A DNA stretch of 48,061 nt, counting the filler, from Stramenopiles sp. TOSAG23-2 (lineage: Eukaryota): assembly GCA_900128395.1 (NCBI GenBank). It is 2 parts of 2 records of this genome, joined end to end, with 100 filler letters (N's around TTAATTAATTAA, not from the genome) between each part and the next. Parts side by side here need not be neighbours in the genome. Positions count along the whole stretch, not along the records: positions 24,103 to 48,061 come from LT649475.1; 1 more part is not named here. One strand, 5' to 3'. Under the pieces are notes generated by a model, which saw only the letters and a list, made by a program, of their open reading frames with translations, ran no database searches and had not been told where the DNA came from. Position numbers and translations under genes: made by a program. This document shows positions 41,840 through 48,061 of this stretch, one piece after another. How positions within the stretch are numbered: position 1 is the first letter of the stretch; each line of letters opens with the position of its first letter.

Positions 41840-42492
41840 GATTATTATTACTATTACTATTATTTGTTAGATGTTATTATATTTTTATTTACTTATATTT
41901 TTTCTGGTTGATGAGAATAAATTTTGGTGGTTGTAATTATATATATGTACTATACATACACACGAAAATATGATAAATGTATCCAAATTTTATTTCTCTT
42001 TCTATTGGTATACTCTTCTCTATTCTTGTACATTATAATCAAGTATATATATATATATATATTATAGTTTCTTATTGCGAAGAAGAGTTTTATATTGTTG
42101 GCCAGGTGGGTCGTATCGATAATCCTGTACTATACTATTCCTATGTTAGACAATCAACTCTTTGGCAATATCTAAAACGCCTGATCGAGAATGTGCTTTT
42201 CGCTCATTTTTTCATCATTCATCACGATAAGGGAGAGTTACAATGTGGATTAATTTTAAGGAATTTAATGTATAATAAATTATGGTGATAATTGATTATC
42301 ATAATTTAATATATGATATATTATTTACTATATCCTTAAATAAGAAAATATTTACGTTACGTATACGATTAATTTTAATAATATATCTTGTTTTGCACTT
42401 TTTATAATTACAAAATGATGGATAAAAGATGGGAATGGTGGAGAAGTATAGAACAATCAAACCAATACAACACTTAAATCAAACCATACAAT

Positions 42493-43839
42493 ATGTCAAG
42501 TAAAGATGATGGGGAAGAGGGCGATGAGCAAGTGCCATTGACCCCTGAAGAGGAAATGCAAATGTTACGTTTTAAAATAAAAGAAATGGAAGATAAAAAT
42601 AATGATTTAAAAGAGCAAGTAAATGAAAAAAATGATAAAATAGGTAAATTACAACAAGCACAACAATCATTAAAAGAACAACAACGTGAAGAAATTCAAT
42701 TGTTTATGGAAGAAATAAAAGCTTTAAAATCTGAAAGAGAACACGATGAACTCTTATTAGTGGAAGAAGTTAATCGTTTAAAACAAGATAATGCACATAT
42801 TAGTGACGTGGAAGATGCTAATAGACGTTTGCGAGACAGAGTTGGCGAGTTATTAAGTGAGTTAGAAAAACGTGGTAGAAATTTTGCGGAGGAAAGTCAT
42901 CGTGTCAAAAACGATGCATTTAATCTACGTATGCAACTGGAATCAACATTTCGTAAAAGCTTACATGAAATGGATGCAAAATATAAAGAGGAAGCATTCC
43001 AATCTTTAACAAATGATAGTAAAAATGCATTAATAGAAAATAGCAAGTTAGAAAAAGAATTAACAGTACAAAGTATCGGTATTGAAGCTTTATTAAAACG
43101 ATATAATAAACATTTAACTTTGTATAGAGAATTAAAAGTTGAAAATGAAATTTTAGTGAAAAAAGATAAATTGCAATCAAATGAAGTGCGATCATTGAAA
43201 CAAGAACGATTAGCTGCTGAAGCAAGAGTTGCCAGTTTGCAAGAAAATATGAATGAATTAAATGCATTGCAAGTACGGGCAGGGCAATTGGAAAATAAAT
43301 TAAAAGAAACAGAAGAAGAATTGGATGAGATGAAAAATTTAGCAAATAAATATGAAAACAAAGCAGAAAAATGGAAATCACGTGCATTTGAAATGTCACA
43401 ACAAATGTTAGAACAATCATCTTCACGCGTACTTGCATCACAAGGTGGTTCAATGGAATTGCCAGATCCAAATAGTAGCAAAAAAAAGAATAGGCAATTG
43501 AATAATAAAAATAATAATAATAATATAACTGATCCTGCAACATATGGTGATGGTTTCAATGGTAATGCAACTGCGATGTGGAATTCTAGATATAGCGAAG
43601 GATCTCCAACACGTAATTCACCAACATCCTCTATACCAGGTTTACCTTTAGTTGCCTCGACAAATGTACATGAGGATATGGGACCTGGAAATACTGGTAT
43701 TGTACAATCTCGATTTAAATATCAAAATAAAAGAAATAATAACAAAATGAAACGTAATATGTCAACAAATGATATGATGGGTGGTAGTAATCATTATGGA
43801 AGATTAAGAAAAAATGAAACTATTGGTAACTTTATGTAG
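42493..43839 (+). CDS. Coiled-coil protein, possibly cilia/flagella-associated (CFAP157-like)
   Basis: Long coiled coil; LRMQLESTFRKSL...LTNDSKNALIENSKLEKEL recalls CFAP157-type proteins (family assignment tentative). Confidence 0.8.
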   Translation: MSSKDDGEEGDEQVPLTPEEEMQMLRFKIKEMEDKNNDLKEQVNEKNDKIGKLQQAQQSLKEQQREEIQLFMEEIKALKSEREHDELLLVEEVNRLKQDNAHISDVEDANRRLRDRVGELLSELEKRGRNFAEESHRVKNDAFNLRMQLESTFRKSLHEMDAKYKEEAFQSLTNDSKNALIENSKLEKELTVQSIGIEALLKRYNKHLTLYRELKVENEILVKKDKLQSNEVRSLKQERLAAEARVASLQENMNELNALQVRAGQLENKLKETEEELDEMKNLANKYENKAEKWKSRAFEMSQQMLEQSSSRVLASQGGSMELPDPNSSKKKNRQLNNKNNNNNITDPATYGDGFNGNATAMWNSRYSEGSPTRNSPTSSIPGLPLVASTNVHEDMGPGNTGIVQSRFKYQNKRNNNKMKRNMSTNDMMGGSNHYGRLRKNETIGNFM

Positions 43840-44416
43840 TGAGAGACTTTAAGAGGGGGGTAAGACATTTTTTTGTTAAAAAAAAGTAAGAGGTGCAGAG
43901 AGAGATTGTTTCATTTTAAAAAATAATATTAAAAAATTATATGATTTTATTTTTACTCTCCTTTTATAAAAAATATATGTACATTTTATATTAAATTTTT
44001 AATACTCGTGGAGATTAATTTCGTGCATTGCAACCACAACCTATCGTCATCCAAAGACTAATGGTTGCTAATGAATCCACTCCTGGGAAATTCAAAACCA
44101 TCAAACTTTGGAAAACCCATGGACTGTTCACATCACTTTCATCGAGAGTGTTATGCTGGATTTCAGACCTACCTTGTGCGTATAGAGTATTAGCTTGCGG
44201 CGGCGCATGAGAGCTTTATTAATAGTAGGAGTAAATCCTTCTTAGATTAGGAGGATTAACAATGACATTCCTGAGATTTGAGCATTGAGTATGGAGCGTA
44301 CGTAGTATTTACCACGGGAAGTAAAATTATTATAACTTTAGATTTTAAATATCCAATCATTTTTACACTCTACGGCGAATATCATATAGACCACCTGTCT
44401 ATACCATATGCATTAC

Positions 44417-45604
44417 TTAAGGCGAAGCCATTTTCACTTCATCAAATGTTGAGGATTGATGATCATGATAACTTAGATTTAAAGTGTTTAATGAACGTAG
44501 TGTCTTCTTTTTCTTCTTATTGAATCGGATCAAATTACGCATTGGACAAGTTTTACAATGCATGGCTAATTTGTCATTTCCTTCATATCTTTTACTATTT
44601 TTTATAAAACATGTACATTTTTGATATATTGCTTTTTTTCGCAACATGATTAATTTTTGTTTCATTTCTTTTTCTTTTTTTCGAAATTCCGCTTCACGTT
44701 GTCTTTTTTCAGCTTTTAATTTTGCTGATTTTTCTTCTTCTTGTTTTTTCAATAAATCTTTCAATCGAATTGCTTCATTTTTTTGTTTCTTTTCTTCTTC
44801 TGCATGTTCTTTTGCTCCGCAACAACTACAAATGCATGCATAGTTTTTACAAATACCACGGCGACAAAGAGGACCAATCGCCTCTAATTGTGAAGGCGAA
44901 AATATTAAACCTGATGTATTTGGATATTGAAAATTATGAACATGGGGTCTAAATGGTACAGTTTGTTTAACTGGTGTTCTGTAATTTTCTTCATCATTTT
45001 CATAATCAGAATCAAGAAGATAATCTGCATTATTGTTGTTGTTTTGATGATGTTGTTTTTTTTTATTATTTTTTCTTTCATTTTTGTTGTTGTTATTATT
45101 ATTATTATTACTACGACGATTACTATTACTACTATTTGTCTGATTCTTTCGATGACTTTTGTTACGATTGTTTGCATTATTACCTGTTCGACTAAATGCA
45201 GATTGTGGTCTTGTACCATTAAAACGTTTTGTTTGATTTTTAGGCGTTGTTGGTGATGATGCATCATTATTGCTGCCGAGTGGTGACAATAATGGAACAT
45301 TCCTTCGATGTAAAGGTGCAGTTTTTGGACGTTTAATACTAGATAAAGATAATTCTTCTGCTACAGCAAATGCTTTTTGTGGTGTCCATATTTCAGCAGG
45401 TTTGACTGTATTTGGACTCAATGCACTACGTGGCCTTTCAATCTTTTGACCTGACGTTTCCAATGGTGGATGTATATGACCAAGTTTGCATGCATCGCAA
45501 CGATGTCCTAATTTACTATGTTGCGATAACGTCAATTCGTCTAATGGTGTAAATATTTCTTCCTTTTTCTTTTTTTCCACTTCATGTGGCATATGATATT
45601 GCAT
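44417..45604 (-). CDS. Hypothetical low-complexity protein with Cys clusters and RPxS/TA motifs
   Basis: 395-aa ATG ORF; RPRSA, RPKTAP, RPQSA; CRRGICKNYACICSCC; CTC...HCKTCP. Confidence 0.75.
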   Translation of the reverse strand: MQYHMPHEVEKKKKEEIFTPLDELTLSQHSKLGHRCDACKLGHIHPPLETSGQKIERPRSALSPNTVKPAEIWTPQKAFAVAEELSLSSIKRPKTAPLHRRNVPLLSPLGSNNDASSPTTPKNQTKRFNGTRPQSAFSRTGNNANNRNKSHRKNQTNSSNSNRRSNNNNNNNNKNERKNNKKKQHHQNNNNNADYLLDSDYENDEENYRTPVKQTVPFRPHVHNFQYPNTSGLIFSPSQLEAIGPLCRRGICKNYACICSCCGAKEHAEEEKKQKNEAIRLKDLLKKQEEEKSAKLKAEKRQREAEFRKKEKEMKQKLIMLRKKAIYQKCTCFIKNSKRYEGNDKLAMHCKTCPMRNLIRFNKKKKKTLRSLNTLNLSYHDHQSSTFDEVKMASP

Positions 45605-46293
45605 ATTGTATACAATATATATATATATATATATATGATTCCTTTACGTCGTTTGATACAACAGTGTCACTACTATTACTACTATATAAATGGATAGATG
45701 ATTAAACAACAATACAAAGTATAGATAAATCCATTTAATTAATGTTGATTACATCTACTTTCTATAAACAAAATCCTATATATATATGGATAATCTCATC
45801 AGTATATATTGTATAAAATGTGTCCAATAATAATATCTATTATTATTGAACTATGATGTGGGAATTATTATATATATTAATATATAGACTAGTAATGTGC
45901 TAGCAACCAAATATATATCTATAATATCGGATATTCTAGATATTTTCATCCAATTAACATTGGTCATTTTTGGATTTTATGGATTTATTATCTCCAAAGA
46001 TCTGCCTACCTATCAAATATCTATAGTATACTAACTCTGTACTAATTAGACCCCGCCTGTTTTGGGGAGAGTTTCATCCGTCTTATTTACAAGGCATATA
46101 GCATTAGGAGACAGAAAGTAGGAGTTGCCGAAATAGCTCTAACTTCTCTCTCATTTTCTAGAATCATCATACCTGTTGCACCTGTGGTACTACGGTATAA
46201 AAAATGTGCAAATCTGTGTGATGGATTAGGATAAAAGATTTATATCTTCTTCTATTATCATATGGCAACTATGCATCACACTATGTCATATAA

Positions 46294-46447
46294 TATACTC
46301 TACGTCGTTAAAAGGTGTAGATTTTGAAGAAAGAAGGTGTAGATTCCTACACCTATGGACACAGCACTACTATACTCTACGTCGTTAAAAGGTGTAGATT
46401 TTGAAGAAAGAAGGTGTAGATTCCTACACCTATGGACACAGCACTAC
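46294..46447. repeat. 77-bp perfect tandem duplication containing the hairpin AGGTGTAG-ATTC-CTACACCT
   Basis: Units start at 46294 and 46371. Confidence 0.95.
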
Positions 46448-46818
46448 TTAGTGATATTTCCATCTTGTGAAAACTCGATCCACTTCGAAAATTTAAGAAA
46501 TTTAATGGCTATTATCAACTCGGACAACCCAACGACCCAAATATTCTCATCTAGAATATTTAAGTAGCAGGTAATTACAATGGTAATAAACCATATATAT
46601 ACTCAAAGATAAAGATTAAATAAAATACAGCACTACTTAGTGATATTTCCATCTTGTGAAAACTCGATCCACTTCGAAAATTTAAGAAATTTAATGGCTA
46701 TTATCAACTCGGACAACCCAACGACCCAAATATTCTCATCTAGAATATTTAAGTAGCAGGTAATTACAATGGTAATAAACCATATATATACTCAAAGATA
46801 AAGATTAAATAAAATACA
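46441..46818. repeat. 189-bp perfect tandem duplication
   Basis: Units start at 46441 and 46630 (GCACTACTTAGTGATATTTCC...). Confidence 0.95.
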
Positions 46819-46939
46819 ATAATTGTTTCGTTGTCATATACAATAGATCTTCTTAAACATAAATTCATACAACATAAGTCTATATTTAATTATATATATA
46901 ATATTAAACATGATATTACTAATATATATACTATATTTA

Positions 46940-47836
46940 CTGTAATTGCTGGCAGTGATGGTGATTCATCTGATGATGATGAAACACAAACAATTGATAT
47001 AAATGCACTTAATGCAGAGATATTAAATGAAGATGACGAAATTCAACAAATGCAAAATGGCACTATTGATGATGTAATTGCTATGGAAACGTCAACAATA
47101 TTGGGAAAAATCAACACCAGGTTTAGGACATTGGGGACATGTCAGTGCATTAATCTCAAGTAAGTTAGCAGAGCAACCAAATCCCTATTATCTATCACCT
47201 GAAGCAGCTACTTTGAAAAAAAAGGTGATTAAAGGAATACAGAAGCAAACTGGGAAATTTAAGAACTTAAAAGGTATTGAGTCAAAGATGTTGCCTTGAT
47301 AAAAACGAAACGAAAACGCAAGTTAAATAAGATGAGTGCACGACAAATCTATAACAACATTACCGGTAGTAAAAGCACATTGTATTTACAACGTTTGCGT
47401 ACAGATTGCTCCTTGCCGACGGAAAGGCGAAAGAAAATGAAATGGTCTTATAAATTACCAATTATGCCATTAGTTGATGAGGCTGTTACATCTGAGTGCA
47501 CGACAAATCTATAACAACATTACCGGTAGTAAAAGCACATTGTATTTACAACGTTTGCGTACAGATTGCTCCTTGCCGACGGAAAGGCGAAAGAAAATGA
47601 AATGGTCTTATAAATTACCAATTATGCCATTAGTTGATGAGGCTGTTACATCTATGGATGATGTTCTTGTTGCTGATCCAATAACAACAACGACAACGAC
47701 GACGACAGCAACAACAACTAATAGTAATAATAATATTAATAATCCAAATTCTATTATTAATGTTGATTCATTCGATAATAATAATGGCAACAACAATTCA
47801 TCAACAAATGGCAGTAATGGTATGATGATGCAATAA
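46940..47836 (+). pseudogene. Fragmented coding-like remnant (frameshifted ORFs), product unknown
   Basis: Overlapping same-strand ORFs in different frames (46831-47163, 47078-47299, 47296-47514, 47474-47836) with protein-like composition and a Thr/Asn-rich end. Confidence 0.4.
47333..47652. repeat. 160-bp perfect tandem duplication
   Basis: Units start at 47333 and 47493 (TGAGTGCACGACAAATCTATAAC...). Confidence 0.95.
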
Positions 47837-48061
47837 ATGATGAAAGTAAGAGATTTCGTAGTATTGATTATATTGGCCCTATATGGCCTGTTTTTTTCTC
47901 GAGTGGCGAGTGGCAATCGAGTTTTCAGCGGTGTAGTGCTATCTCCATATTAATCATAATTAAATATATTTTGTATAATCTAAATACCCTGTATATCAAG
48001 ATAGCATACACTAGGGGCAATAATTAAAATTCTGAAGTAGGTGTAGTTTTTAATGCTTCGA

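Noticed and set aside
44006..44410. Moderately GC-richer stretch between convergent genes as an ncRNA, SECIS or extra exon
   Set aside because: No recognisable snRNA/snoRNA boxes, no convincing splice junction and no recognisable translation in any frame.
46294..47652. Repeats considered as a CRISPR-like array
   Set aside because: Only two-copy tandem duplications with no unique spacers, no cas genes and a eukaryotic context.
46442..47938. CACTA transposon bounded by CACTAC...GTAGTG
   Set aside because: Only 6-8 bp of inverted match, no 3-bp target-site duplication and no transposase motifs.

Overview
AT-rich, gene-dense eukaryotic genomic DNA with few, short GT-AG introns, poly-Asn tracts and the standard genetic code. 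The gene content (EF-hand/coiled-coil proteins, TM-LRR-LNR receptor-like protein, RRRLL-tailed secreted protein) suggests a flagellated protist, probably a stramenopile; this is inference, not a database result. The window is two contigs joined by an artificial 100-nt N/TTAATTAATTAA spacer (24003-24102). The end of contig 1 is a fold-back inversion typical of whole-genome-amplified DNA. About 20 protein-coding genes are supported: TPR-GT41 glycosyltransferase (5'-truncated), GH20 hexosaminidase with HEEL, an EF-hand-like protein (1 intron), secreted proteins, a SirB1/transglutaminase-like-ApaG fusion, a TM-LRR-LNR protein, a GT13 (GnT-I-like)-WSC protein (2 introns), GalT, DUF4833, a TLC-domain protein, a GC-rich Cys-rich putative GPI protein, a WWE-containing RBR E3 ligase and several coiled-coil proteins. 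Features the ORF track misses include a broken S3-S4-S5 fragment of a CNBD-type voltage-gated channel abutting the TLC gene, decayed tandem WW-domain repeats, a Helitron-like 3' terminus, a MITE-like element, a dispersed repeat present on both contigs and several near-perfect tandem duplications. No rRNA, tRNA or CRISPR array was seen.
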